A stretch of 64,000 bases of DNA. Source: an uncultured Candidatus Saccharibacteria bacterium. Lineage in GTDB: Bacteria > Patescibacteriota > Minisyncoccia > 2-02-FULL-40-12 > GWA2-44-9. A program made the position numbers and the translations under genes. The stretch covers positions 26,425 to 90,424 of the forward strand of contig CAZENF010000003.1 of assembly GCA_964513645.1 (NCBI GenBank), given 5' to 3'. Of this stretch, positions 1 through 9,418 are shown one piece after another; position 1 is the first letter of the stretch, and the number at the start of each line of letters is the position of its first letter. A model generated the notes under the pieces. It saw only the letters and a list, made by a program, of their open reading frames with translations. It did not search any database and was not told where the DNA came from.

Positions 1-49
1 ATGGCAGGGAAGGGATGTTGCTACGGGAAAGGTTACTGAATCGGGACCA

Positions 50-841
50 TTGATAAAACTCCGCCATCCTTTATGGACAGATGTAAACCAACATGAAGAC
101 ATGCCGGTGATGGTGTTTACGCCGACCCAATGGTCTAAAGTTCAAAGCGAGAGTCTTGCTGTCGGCGCGGCACCTATTCCGCCGTCTCTACTCGGCCAAA
201 ACTCAAAATATATTCTCGCTCTGCCCGCCCGCTACAATTACGACTACAAAACCGGCTGGGAAGAGGTTGACCAACTGGTCCATACCCTCAAAGCATTTGA
301 ACCAACGACAAACAACCAAGCCGACACCTCAACCTGGAAAACCTACACCAACAGTCAGTACGGATTTAGTTTTATGTATCCTATGCTTGGAGTGGAGCAA
401 AAAATTGAAGTAGATAAGCCCTACGATAATGTAATAGCTAGTTTTAATTTAAAATATCGAGCAGCGGGGAAAGACTACTTTGCGGATGCCTATAGTATCG
501 GAGTCATATTAAATTCTGGTAATTTGTCGCTTGAAGATTATTATAACAATCATGAATGTCTAAAGCCATTGCTTGGTGAACAAATAAAGATTCATCAGAG
601 AGGAGATATCTCATGGGCTGGATATTTTGAGCCCGGTACATTGCCTTATCCGAGCGACGTTTTAGATAAATGTGGACCTATTGATTCCGTTGCAGATTTT
701 TTGAGTCCTTCAAAAAAGTATATTGTGAGAATATATTATCCCGGCGAAGATAATGAATTAGATCTATATGGTTATGATACGAACGAAAAAATCGATGCAC
801 TGACAGACCAAATCCTCTCCACATTCAAATTTACGAAATAG
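50..841 (+). CDS. hypothetical protein, paralog of 39049..39822 (shared DTSTWKTYTNSQYGFSFMYP block and C-terminal QILSTFKF)
   Basis: Intact 263-aa ORF. Its internal conserved block is identical to a block in ORF 39049..39822, and both end in ILSTFKF. No recognisable catalytic motif. Confidence 0.5.
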   Translation: MIKLRHPLWTDVNQHEDMPVMVFTPTQWSKVQSESLAVGAAPIPPSLLGQNSKYILALPARYNYDYKTGWEEVDQLVHTLKAFEPTTNNQADTSTWKTYTNSQYGFSFMYPMLGVEQKIEVDKPYDNVIASFNLKYRAAGKDYFADAYSIGVILNSGNLSLEDYYNNHECLKPLLGEQIKIHQRGDISWAGYFEPGTLPYPSDVLDKCGPIDSVADFLSPSKKYIVRIYYPGEDNELDLYGYDTNEKIDALTDQILSTFKFTK

Positions 842-917
842 TAGATAGTAGTATGTAGTATGGTTAAGAAATCAAAAAATCTCCTTAGGGAGATTTTTGA
901 TTTGATTTCTTATAGTT

Positions 918-1073
918 AGAACGTAGCTGGCTTGGTCAAGATTAAGGCAAAAGCGAGGCTTGCGAGGAGTCATACTAATGTATGATGACGAGCAAATGTA
1001 GCTTTTAACGAAAATATTGGCCAAGAGCTTACCCGCCAAATCTTTGGGCGGGAGCGGCCAGCAAGTTATAACA
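918..1073 (+). repeat. ~155-nt structured repeat element, copy 1 (second copy at 19591..19753)
   Basis: 5' AGAACGYAGCTGGCTTGGYCAAGATTRAGGCARAAGCGAG and 3' AGCTTYTAACGAAAATATTGGCCAAGAGCYTACC...GAGCGGCCAGCAAGTTATAA are shared between copies. The terminal AGCTGGC/GCCAGC and CTTGGYCAAG/TTGGCCAAG segments are complementary. Two internal hairpins differ in sequence but keep pairing (tcatac-taat-gtatga vs ccatag-tataa-ctatgg; cccgcc..ggcggg vs ccgct..agcgg). Copy 1 ends 1 nt from the RNase J stop codon. Confidence 0.6.
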
Positions 1074-3032
1074 CTAAACCTCGATGACTACAGGGAGTAC
1101 CATCGGCCGCCTCTGTGTCTTCTGGAACAGGAACAACCCTATCTGGTTACGAAGCTGGTCTTTGAGATAAGCGAAATTGGGTTCGTACATTCTCTGGCTC
1201 TCGACTATTTTTCTAACCCTTTTGCGGACTTCCATCAACATTTCTTTATTCTCTTTGAGGTAAATAAATCCACGGGAAATAATATCGGGACTGGCCATCA
1301 GCTTGTGGCCCTGGGGCCCATGCTGAACTAAGGCAATGATGACAAACATCCCGTCCTCGGCCAATATCTGCCGGTCGCGTAAAACAACGTTGCCGATATC
1401 ACCGACGCCTAAGCCGTCGACGAAAACGTAATCATCCGGAGCTTTGTCACGGTCGAACCACCAGCGATCTTTTTCGATGTGAACGATAGAGCCGTTATCG
1501 GCGATTATGGTGTTCTCGGGCAGAACGCCTTCTTCCTGACCCATCATGCCGTGATTTATCATCATAGAGTATTGGCCGTGAATAGGGAAAAAGAATTTGG
1601 GTTTCATAAGTTTTAACATCTGGCGGAGGTCTTCCTTGTTGCCGTGTCCTCCGGCGTGAACGTCGAGCATCTTGTAGTTCAAAACCTTGGCGCCGTTACG
1701 GTAAAGCTGGTCCTTCAGGAACTGAACGTCTTTCTCGTTGCCCGGAATGACCGAGGATGAGAAAACTATCGTGTCGTTCTTGAGAATACGGATATATTTG
1801 TGTTCGCCGTTGGCGATACGCATTAAGACAGCGTTGCCTTCGCCTTGGGCGCCGGTAACAACCGCAACGACCTTGTTGCGGGGATAGTTGTCTATCTCGT
1901 CCATTGAGATCTGGGTATCGCGGGCCATTTTTATATAGCCGAGCTTTTTACATATCTCAACGTTGGTTTTCATAGAATAGCCGTCGAAGACAACCTTCTT
2001 GCCGTATCTTTCGGCGATGGTGATTATCTGTTGGACGCGGTTGATAAGGGAAGCAAAGGTGCCCAAAATAAGCATGCCGGTCGCTTCCGAAATTATTTTA
2101 TCGAGATTGTCGGTGATGGCCTGTTCGGACAAAGAGTGGCCTTCATTCTCGGCGCCGGTGGAGTCAGACATCAGAACCAGAACGCCTTCTTCTTTGACCA
2201 TGCGTTGCATTTCTTCTATGTCTGCGGGTTTGTCGTTGACGGGGGTTTCATCGAATTTAAAGTCCGAAGTATGGACGACGTTGCCGATGGGGGTTTTGAT
2301 GACTATTTCAAGGTCATCAGGTATTGAGTGGTTGATGCGGAGAACTTTTACCGATAATTTATCCGAAACTTTGATTACTTCACCGGGATTAACGGTCATT
2401 ATGTCCACGGGTTTGCGGTCTTTAAACTCATCAAGTCGTTTCATCAGTATCGCACGGGTGAGAGGCGCGGCATAAAAATCCGGTTCTCCGATCTTATCAA
2501 GCATGAACGGCAGGGCGCCGATGTGGTCCATGTGACCATGGGTAAAGAACATGGCTTTGACCATATGTTCTCTGCCTTCGAGATATCCCGGGTTAGGGAT
2601 GATGAAATCAATGCCCGGCATTTTTTCATCGCCGAAACGGACTCCGGCATCAATCAGTATTATCTCATCATCGTACTGAATCGCCGACATATTCCGGCCT
2701 ACCTCGCCTAAGCCGCCGAAATGGACGATCTTAAGACCGCCGGTATCAGTACCGATCTCTCTTTGCTGTTCCTTGCGGGCTGTTTCCCGCAGAACTCTGA
2801 CATGTCTGACAACCGGCTTCATCCAACGGTCGCGCTGCGAACGCTGGAGCTTTCTCATATCCTTTTTATTGGGGTCTCTCGGACTCTGGTTGTCAGAGGT
2901 GCCTTGTGCGCGGCCTTCTCCGGCGTGGCGGGTATGATCCGCCGGCTGGCGTATGTGCAGAGCGTTATGGCTCCGGCCGTCCTGGTTGGACGGACGTCTC
3001 GGATGAGACGGTTTATTTCTTTGTTCTATCAC
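1074..3032 (-). CDS. rnj: ribonuclease J (metallo-beta-lactamase / beta-CASP RNase) with ~100-aa basic N-terminal extension
   Basis: HGHMDHIGALP (HxHxDH) metallo-beta-lactamase motif, a GGLGEVGRNM N-terminal core, and beta-CASP and RNase J C-terminal regions over 652 aa. The true start may be internal, because the first ~100 aa are low-complexity and basic. Confidence 0.85.
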   Translation of the reverse strand: MIEQRNKPSHPRRPSNQDGRSHNALHIRQPADHTRHAGEGRAQGTSDNQSPRDPNKKDMRKLQRSQRDRWMKPVVRHVRVLRETARKEQQREIGTDTGGLKIVHFGGLGEVGRNMSAIQYDDEIILIDAGVRFGDEKMPGIDFIIPNPGYLEGREHMVKAMFFTHGHMDHIGALPFMLDKIGEPDFYAAPLTRAILMKRLDEFKDRKPVDIMTVNPGEVIKVSDKLSVKVLRINHSIPDDLEIVIKTPIGNVVHTSDFKFDETPVNDKPADIEEMQRMVKEEGVLVLMSDSTGAENEGHSLSEQAITDNLDKIISEATGMLILGTFASLINRVQQIITIAERYGKKVVFDGYSMKTNVEICKKLGYIKMARDTQISMDEIDNYPRNKVVAVVTGAQGEGNAVLMRIANGEHKYIRILKNDTIVFSSSVIPGNEKDVQFLKDQLYRNGAKVLNYKMLDVHAGGHGNKEDLRQMLKLMKPKFFFPIHGQYSMMINHGMMGQEEGVLPENTIIADNGSIVHIEKDRWWFDRDKAPDDYVFVDGLGVGDIGNVVLRDRQILAEDGMFVIIALVQHGPQGHKLMASPDIISRGFIYLKENKEMLMEVRKRVRKIVESQRMYEPNFAYLKDQLRNQIGLFLFQKTQRRPMVLPVVIEV

Positions 3033-3158
3033 TTTCTTCTTGCTACAAATTACGAATAATTAGAGATATACGAATATAAGAGTCGTATGTCTACGAGTAA
3101 TTAGTAGAGTAAATTAACAATGGGTGAGGTAAGCAAATAAAATCGCTTAATTTCCCTG

Positions 3159-3242
3159 TGGGCGAGAGAGGATTTGAACCTCCAAGGGATTGCTCCCATA
3201 CGCTTCTGAAGCGTACGTGTCTGCCAGTTTCACCACTCGCCC
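3159..3242 (-). tRNA. tRNA-Leu (anticodon CAG), long variable arm, CCA not encoded
   Basis: Reverse complement folds as a cloverleaf GGGCGAG...CTCGCCC-A with anticodon loop TTCAGAA, a long extra arm GGGAGCAATCCCTTGG, T-loop TTCAAAT and an A73 discriminator. Confidence 0.8.
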
Positions 3243-3347
3243 AAAATAAAAATTTATAAAGTTCTCGGAGAATTAAGGCTATATTATTGAGATACTCACT
3301 ACGTTACTTACAGTATATCATGTTTCTGGGATTATTGCAATAGGGGA

Positions 3348-5174
3348 CTATTTCCAGACTCTTTTTGTGTTCATATACCAATTTTCAATATCGGCAAATC
3401 TTTCCGATGGTGTAGCAATGACCCTGTTTTCAGAACCTTTGATATTTTTGGACTGGCCATAAAGATAGTAGGGGCTGTAAAGGAACAGGGCTGGGATGTC
3501 ATCAATTACCTGTTTTTGAAATTCGTTATATTTTTCAAGCCGGTCCTGGGGATTTAAGGTTTGGCGAGCCTGTTCGAGAAGAGTGTCAGCGTTCTTGTTA
3601 TCATAAAGGGCCAGATTAAGTCCGGGGTCGTGTTTTTGAGATGAATGCCACAAACTGAACGGGTCGGGGTCGAGAGTGATTATCTCTCCGAAAAGAAGCA
3701 TGTCGTAATTTCGATCCTTAATCGCCTGTTGAAGGTCCGGGGTTTGGAGAACCTGGACAGTAAGGTCAATGCCGACCTCTTTCCATTGTTCTTTGAGTGC
3801 GTTCGCGGCGTTTATCAGTTCCGGCCAGGTCGAGGTCGTTATGGTAAAGGATAATTTTTGAGTGGTTGTTTTTTTATTCGAGGTCGATGATTTTATTAAA
3901 ACTCCTGAATCGTCTTTCTGTTCCCAACCGGCTTTCTGAAGACTTTGCGCGGCCAGGTCTTTATCATGGTTATATACGGTTATAAATTGATTGGCTCCGG
4001 TTATCGAAGGCAGGATAGGGGAGTCAACCGGGATACCATTGCCGTTAAGTATTTTTTGGATAAGGGCGTTTTTATCGGTTGCGTAAGACAAGGCCAGACG
4101 GACATTTTTGTCCGAGAGGAGCTTATTCTGATTCTGATTGAAGAACACGGCGAAATATCTCGGCATCAGCAGTTTTTCCATATTCAATCTTTGTCTGAAT
4201 TTTAGTTTTTCAATATTTTCGGGTGAAATAACACTTAAATCGGAAAATTCATTCCTGTTATAGCCGTTTATCATCTCATCCTCGGAGCCGTAGAATTTAA
4301 GGTCAACCTGTCCGATAAAGGGCTTGGTATCGTAAAAGTTATCATTGACAGAAAGCTCGTAAAGGCGGATTTGGCCTAAGGAATCTTTCTGGAACTTACT
4401 GAATTTATACGGCCCGGAACCGATCGGTCTAAGGTTGAGGTCGGAAAGGGCAAAGTTGATGGGCTTTATATTCTGCCAAAGATGTTCAGGCAGTATCGGT
4501 AAGGTTAAATTGTTCAGGAACTGGGCGTATTTATTTTTTAATTTTAAGACTAAAGTATGATCGTCGATCTTCTGGGTCTCGATGGTTTGCCAGTTTATCC
4601 TTTCGAAACTTCCGTAATCTGGATTTTGAGCCGTCTGGATAGTGAAGATGACATCGTCTGCTGTGACCGGTTCACCGTCTTGCCATTTCGCATTGTCTTT
4701 AAGATAGATGGTGTAATTAAGTTCGTCCGGAGAAATGTCATATGACCTCGCAAGGTCGGGCACCAACTGGCCGTCCTTGTTGTATTTAAGAAGTCCCGAA
4801 TATATGAGTTTGACCAGGTCTTTGTCCGCGTCGGATTGAGCAAGTAGGGGATTGATGTGTCTGGGTTCGCCGATAACTCCTTCTTGGATGCTTCCGCCGT
4901 ATGCGGCTACGGGTTTTGTGAAGTGATAATAGGTACTGAAAGGTATTGCCAATACAGAAATGACGGTCAGGACAATGAATCCGAATATGAAATAGCGTTC
5001 TTTAAAAGAAAGAACTTTCGGCAAGAGTTTGAGCTTGGCTTTAAGGATCCGGTTCTTGTTGGTCAGCGAACCTTTAATGCTGCCGCTGTGTTTTGAGTTT
5101 TTATTTTTTCCGTCATCGCCTTCAGTTAAAGGAGGAATGCCGAAAAAATCATCTAATTGCCTCTGTTTATCCAC
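3348..5174 (-). CDS. ABC transporter substrate-binding protein, family 5 (oligopeptide/nickel-type), membrane-anchored
   Basis: N-terminal TM helix followed by an SBP_bac_5-like core (PLLAQSDADKDLVKLIYSGLLKYNKDGQLVPDLARSY pattern), 608 aa. Confidence 0.65.
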   Translation of the reverse strand: MDKQRQLDDFFGIPPLTEGDDGKNKNSKHSGSIKGSLTNKNRILKAKLKLLPKVLSFKERYFIFGFIVLTVISVLAIPFSTYYHFTKPVAAYGGSIQEGVIGEPRHINPLLAQSDADKDLVKLIYSGLLKYNKDGQLVPDLARSYDISPDELNYTIYLKDNAKWQDGEPVTADDVIFTIQTAQNPDYGSFERINWQTIETQKIDDHTLVLKLKNKYAQFLNNLTLPILPEHLWQNIKPINFALSDLNLRPIGSGPYKFSKFQKDSLGQIRLYELSVNDNFYDTKPFIGQVDLKFYGSEDEMINGYNRNEFSDLSVISPENIEKLKFRQRLNMEKLLMPRYFAVFFNQNQNKLLSDKNVRLALSYATDKNALIQKILNGNGIPVDSPILPSITGANQFITVYNHDKDLAAQSLQKAGWEQKDDSGVLIKSSTSNKKTTTQKLSFTITTSTWPELINAANALKEQWKEVGIDLTVQVLQTPDLQQAIKDRNYDMLLFGEIITLDPDPFSLWHSSQKHDPGLNLALYDNKNADTLLEQARQTLNPQDRLEKYNEFQKQVIDDIPALFLYSPYYLYGQSKNIKGSENRVIATPSERFADIENWYMNTKRVWK

Positions 5175-5242
5175 TTTAGTAAGTTTAAAATTCTAAAATC
5201 GAAATCTGATATTCCTTTTAAAAAATTATCTTTAATTTTGAA

Positions 5243-5449
5243 TTAAAGCAGGAGCCGTACCATTGATATGCCCAAAAAGAGAACCGCCAAAACTATCGTA
5301 GCGTAAAATATGACCTTTTCGGCCCCTCTTTTGGTGCTGTATTCCATCATGCCCCCTCCAAAAGTCGATGACAAACCTGTTCCTCTCTGTTGAAGGAGAA
5401 TGGCGATTACCAATGATACGGATATCACAATTTGTACGTAAGTTAACAT
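5243..5449 (-). CDS. secG: preprotein translocase subunit SecG
   Basis: 68 aa with two TM helices and the LLQQRGTGLSSTFGGG glycine-rich loop typical of SecG. Confidence 0.7.
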   Translation of the reverse strand: MLTYVQIVISVSLVIAILLQQRGTGLSSTFGGGMMEYSTKRGAEKVIFYATIVLAVLFLGISMVRLLL

Positions 5450-5454
5450 GGTGT

Positions 5455-5847
5455 TTAGTCGAAAGCTTTAATAAGCCCCGAAATTAGCATATTTACAATG
5501 GTTATTGCTATTGTTGACCAGACAAGAGCCGTCAGGTCGGCAATAGTCATGAACTCGAATATATAATCAACTAACCATAAAATCAAGGCGTTGATGACGA
5601 GACTGAAAAGACCAAGGGTCAGTATTATGACCGGGAAAGATATGAATCTCAAGACAGGCTTAAGGATAAAGTTAAGCAGTCCCAGGATGGTACCGGCCAA
5701 GAGGAACTCTTTGATACCTCCGCTGAACTCGAATCCGGGCACGAACCTGTAGGCGGCATATAAAGCCGCCGAATTTCCTAAAATCCTTAGTAAGAAGCCG
5801 ATCATAGTTACAAATATCAGATTAACATTTTCGTGAGGAAAATTCAA
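5455..5847 (-). CDS. YvlD/DUF360 (phage holin 4_2 family) membrane protein
   Basis: 130-aa polytopic membrane protein with the ILTLGLFSLVINALIL pattern shared with B. subtilis YvlD-type proteins. Confidence 0.5.
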   Translation of the reverse strand: MNFPHENVNLIFVTMIGFLLRILGNSAALYAAYRFVPGFEFSGGIKEFLLAGTILGLLNFILKPVLRFISFPVIILTLGLFSLVINALILWLVDYIFEFMTIADLTALVWSTIAITIVNMLISGLIKAFD

Positions 5848-5855
5848 TTCGCCGC

Positions 5856-7148
5856 TTATTGTCTTAGGTATTTTGTATGACGGCGTCGGTAATGAGAGAT
5901 TGCAAAGCGGTGAGCTTCGGAGTCTATGCGGAGGATCAGGTTTCGTACTTCCGGCGGCACACCCGAAAGTAATATCGGCTCTTTTTTATTTTCAATCAAT
6001 ATCTTTTCTCCAATGTGTTTTTCGTTCTTTGTAACCGCTATTACGGGGATATTTTTGGCGGTAAATTTAGCGGCATTGAACTGGGCCTTGCCGCCGTCTA
6101 TTACCATAAGGTCGGGGGATTGCCATTCCGGGTGGCGGAACCGCCGCATCAGAACTTCCTGAAGCATGCCCGTGTCTCCGCCTTCTTCGAATATGATGTT
6201 GAATTTACGGTATTCGTTCTTGTCTGGATTCCCGTCAGTAAAAACCACCATTGCGCCGGTTGCATGACGGCCCTGGATGTTTGCGATGTCGTAGGATTCT
6301 ATCCGGCGCGGAATTCCCCTGATGCCGATGATATGGGCCAGTTTTTTTAAAGCACCGAGGTTTGTTTTATTGCTCGTTCTGTTGAGCGGAGAATATTTAT
6401 TATGGATTATTTGCGCGTTCAGGAAAACACGTTTAAGTTTTTCTATTTTATACTTCAGTTCCATTGCTTTCTCATATTCGTGTTTTTCCGAGATTTTCTT
6501 CATTTGCTTTTCAAATTCATTTATCAGCGAATCTTTTTTTCCGGAAAGTATGTCTCTAATGGCCAAGATGTTCTTTCTGTATCCTGGAAATTCAGAGCTC
6601 CTTTGGCTTCGTTCAGAATTGTCTTTTAAGCAACAAAACCCAGGACACTTGCCGATATGATAATTGAGGCAGTAGTTGTTATGGGGTTGTTTGCAGGTGC
6701 AGTATGGGAATATTTTACGGAGAAGTCGCAGGGCGGTTTTAAGAGCGTTGCCGTCGGTGAAGGGGCCGATAAATTCTGTATCCACATTTTTCAACGGCTG
6801 ATGCGTGATATAAAGTCTCGGGAATTTATCGTTCTTTATAGCAATGTAAAAATACTGCTTATCATCTCGGAGCATAATGTTAAAATCAGGCCTATATTTT
6901 TTAATATATTGAGATTCGAGGATAAGAGCCTCAATGTCGCTACCAGTTTCTATGTGGTCTATTTTTTCTGATTCGAGTATCATCTGTCTTAAGCGGGCGT
7001 CGGAAGTTTTAAGATAGTGATTTAACCGGTTCTTCAAATTCAAGGCCTTGCCGATATAAAGCGGTTTGTTTTTTGTGCTTTTGAATATATAAATCCCGGG
7101 CTTAACCGGCATTTTTTTAATTTCTTTCTTAAGTTTATCCCCGGTCAT
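5856..7148 (-). CDS. uvrC: excinuclease ABC subunit C (UvrC), short form lacking the C-terminal HhH domain
   Basis: N-terminal GIY-YIG (PGIYIFKSTKNKPLYIGKALNLKNRLNHY), a Cys-rich CTCKQ..CLNYHIGKCPGFC region, a UVR domain, and an RNase H-like endonuclease domain (ESYDIANIQGRHATGAMVVF). 430 aa. Confidence 0.75.
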   Translation of the reverse strand: MTGDKLKKEIKKMPVKPGIYIFKSTKNKPLYIGKALNLKNRLNHYLKTSDARLRQMILESEKIDHIETGSDIEALILESQYIKKYRPDFNIMLRDDKQYFYIAIKNDKFPRLYITHQPLKNVDTEFIGPFTDGNALKTALRLLRKIFPYCTCKQPHNNYCLNYHIGKCPGFCCLKDNSERSQRSSEFPGYRKNILAIRDILSGKKDSLINEFEKQMKKISEKHEYEKAMELKYKIEKLKRVFLNAQIIHNKYSPLNRTSNKTNLGALKKLAHIIGIRGIPRRIESYDIANIQGRHATGAMVVFTDGNPDKNEYRKFNIIFEEGGDTGMLQEVLMRRFRHPEWQSPDLMVIDGGKAQFNAAKFTAKNIPVIAVTKNEKHIGEKILIENKKEPILLSGVPPEVRNLILRIDSEAHRFAISHYRRRHTKYLRQ

Positions 7149-7248
7149 AGGAAGTGATTATAACACAGCTTCTCCTTATTGACTACGGCTTATTTTTATG
7201 TGAAAGTTTGTTTTATCTCTAATGTTCTTTTAAAGAGGGCAAAAGAAG

Positions 7249-8193
7249 GTGTCTAATTTTCTTAAGGTCTGTCTGATCTTGGCTTCGCTTATCTTATCGT
7301 CATGCGGACCTCCGCCAGTAGAGAATCCTTACCGCAAGGAAATGCGCTATGAAGGTCAGAGTTTCGATGTTCCGGTCGGGTTTTTAACAAGTGAGTGGCA
7401 CGGACAGGTGAGAATATTGGCTTCCGGATGGCTTATAGAAGGTGGTGAAGGAACTTTAATGAGCGCCAAACATTTTTCAGATGCTTTCATGAAAGATCTT
7501 CTCGACCTTGGTCCAAGCGAATGTAAGGCCTTTCTTAACCGAAAAGTTTACAGTTGTTTCGCAATCAGGGTTCCTTCGGTCAGAGATGCGGTCGTGCTTA
7601 AACTTCTTGATTATGGAAAAGAGCCGGTAGGCGCATACAGGATATCTTTGTCAAAACCAAAGATAGGGGATAAACTTCATATTCAGGGATTTCATCCTCA
7701 TCCGCCGGAAATAATCGAGTCAAATCTCAAGGACGGGTTTAAGGACGTTCAAATACCCATTCTTAAGAATTTCTATGAACTAAGAGGTAAGCAGTTAAAA
7801 AATACTGGTGAGGTTGTTTTTGATAACCTCGCAGCCACGGTCATTAAGCCGGACCCTGGGGCTCTGATAAACAATCGTCTCTTATTGCCCGAAGAAAAAA
7901 GGGAATCCCTTAAATATGAGAATGATTCATACATAAAGGTTCTGATGGACCATGATCACAAATTCTCTTTCGGAGGATTAAGCGGCGGAGTGGCTTTAAA
8001 CGATTCTGGTGAGGCCGTGGGGGTTATTACCGCCCAAGATATTCTAAGGTTCGACAGCGAAGAAAAGAAATCTAAGGACGAGCATCATAATTTTTCGATA
8101 ATTACCAGGAAAAACCAGAAGTTCGACATCATCTACATTACACCCATCGGTTCGGTTATGGATATTGTAAATTATGCCAGGCTTACCAGATAG
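7249..8193 (+). CDS. lipoprotein with trypsin-like (S1) peptidase-type C-terminal region
   Basis: Lipobox LILSSC, plus a GGLSGGVALNDSGEAVGVI segment that resembles the GDSGGP serine-protease active-site region. Confidence 0.4.
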   Translation: MSNFLKVCLILASLILSSCGPPPVENPYRKEMRYEGQSFDVPVGFLTSEWHGQVRILASGWLIEGGEGTLMSAKHFSDAFMKDLLDLGPSECKAFLNRKVYSCFAIRVPSVRDAVVLKLLDYGKEPVGAYRISLSKPKIGDKLHIQGFHPHPPEIIESNLKDGFKDVQIPILKNFYELRGKQLKNTGEVVFDNLAATVIKPDPGALINNRLLLPEEKRESLKYENDSYIKVLMDHDHKFSFGGLSGGVALNDSGEAVGVITAQDILRFDSEEKKSKDEHHNFSIITRKNQKFDIIYITPIGSVMDIVNYARLTR

Positions 8194-8200
8194 TTTTTGT

Positions 8201-8237
8201 CCCGCACTTAGCATGCTAAGAGCGGGATTTTTATTTT
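8201..8237 (+). terminator. rho-independent terminator
   Basis: Hairpin cccgcacttagcatgctaagagcggga followed by tttttatttt. Confidence 0.6.
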
Positions 8238-8299
8238 GACAGACTACGGTTTTTTAAGTATAGTTCCCGCAAAAGCTCATTGAAAAAGGAGCCTCTTGA

Positions 8300-9418
8300 A
8301 TGGCTATTTCTGATTTTCGTGAAGCGAGAAAATTAGTCGATCTTATTGAAGAACAGCCGAATAAATTTATTTTCGGGTGCAAAGGGCCGATATCTCATTG
8401 CGTTCTGGCAACGATTACGCCCATTCCGAGGGATGGTAAAAAGGGCAAGGAATATGCCCAGGCTCATGTTTATCTTTTGGACCGTCCCGGCCGAGGCAAA
8501 ACCGCGACCTTCAATTATTTAACTGCCGCTATTGATGCAAAATTGGGCAGAGTCGACGGACGTCCGGATACCATGCCTTCCGAGATCGTTGGTTACGAGT
8601 ACTGTGACAAACACAGCGGAGTGAGGACCTTATTTAAAGGCCCTATCCATAGCAATGTTTTTTATATGGATGAAATAAACAGAACGCCGCCCAAAGGACA
8701 GTCAGTTTTACTCGGCGCAATGGAAGGCGGTTATGTACTTATGAATGTTACTGACCCTGAAACCAAGACCAATGATTTTGTATCTTTTCCTCTTTATCCT
8801 ATCTCTAAGGACCCAGATGAAACGAGAATGTTTTATATCGTCTTTGCGACAGCGAATCCAATCGAGTTCGAAGGTACTTATCCTTTGTCCGAAGCCCAGA
8901 AAGAAAGGTTCACTTATTCTTTCCGGATGGGTTTGCCAAACCGGGAAGCCGAGAAAATGATTCGGGCCAAGAATGTTATCGGCAGAATTGCTGAACAGGT
9001 TATGGACTTGGACACCCTTCTCGAAATACAGGATTTGGTCAAACAAGTTGAACTATCTTCCGAAGCTTCCGAATACATTCAGCGGATAGTTGAAAATTCA
9101 AGGCCTTATTCCCAAGATGAAGAAGAATATGGCCGGACTATCAAGCGTCACGCCACCTCTGAACTTCTTGAATTCATCAACAATTATGTTACCAACGGAT
9201 GTTCACCGCGGAGAGATTTACACCTCGAAGCGGCAGCCAAGGCCTACCGTTTTCGATACGGTAAAGACGAAAGCCGGATTGCCGATGTCGACGATGTTAA
9301 GGCTGTTCTGCCTTTGACAACGGAACATGTGATCTTGCTCCAACCCAAATCGTTGGGAGATAATGTTACGACACGTAAAGTTGTTCAGAAGCTGATCGAA
9401 GGCACTATCGTGCCATGA
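8300..9418 (+). CDS. MoxR-family AAA+ ATPase
   Basis: Walker A-like RPGRGKT, and RTPPKGQSVLLGAMEG matching the MoxR NRAppktQsALLEAMqE signature. First gene of a Bat-like operon. Confidence 0.7.
   Translation: MAISDFREARKLVDLIEEQPNKFIFGCKGPISHCVLATITPIPRDGKKGKEYAQAHVYLLDRPGRGKTATFNYLTAAIDAKLGRVDGRPDTMPSEIVGYEYCDKHSGVRTLFKGPIHSNVFYMDEINRTPPKGQSVLLGAMEGGYVLMNVTDPETKTNDFVSFPLYPISKDPDETRMFYIVFATANPIEFEGTYPLSEAQKERFTYSFRMGLPNREAEKMIRAKNVIGRIAEQVMDLDTLLEIQDLVKQVELSSEASEYIQRIVENSRPYSQDEEEYGRTIKRHATSELLEFINNYVTNGCSPRRDLHLEAAAKAYRFRYGKDESRIADVDDVKAVLPLTTEHVILLQPKSLGDNVTTRKVVQKLIEGTIVP

Noticed and set aside
1017-1331. 104-aa plus-strand ORF starting inside repeat copy 1 and running antisense into RNase J
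   Set aside because: It overlaps both a conserved structured repeat and the well-supported rnj gene on the opposite strand. It has no motif and its composition is dictated by the antisense frame.
1999-3059. Several 60-160-aa plus-strand ORFs (1999..2475, 2031..2327, 2523..2711, 2721..3059) inside RNase J
   Set aside because: These are antisense shadow ORFs of a highly conserved gene.
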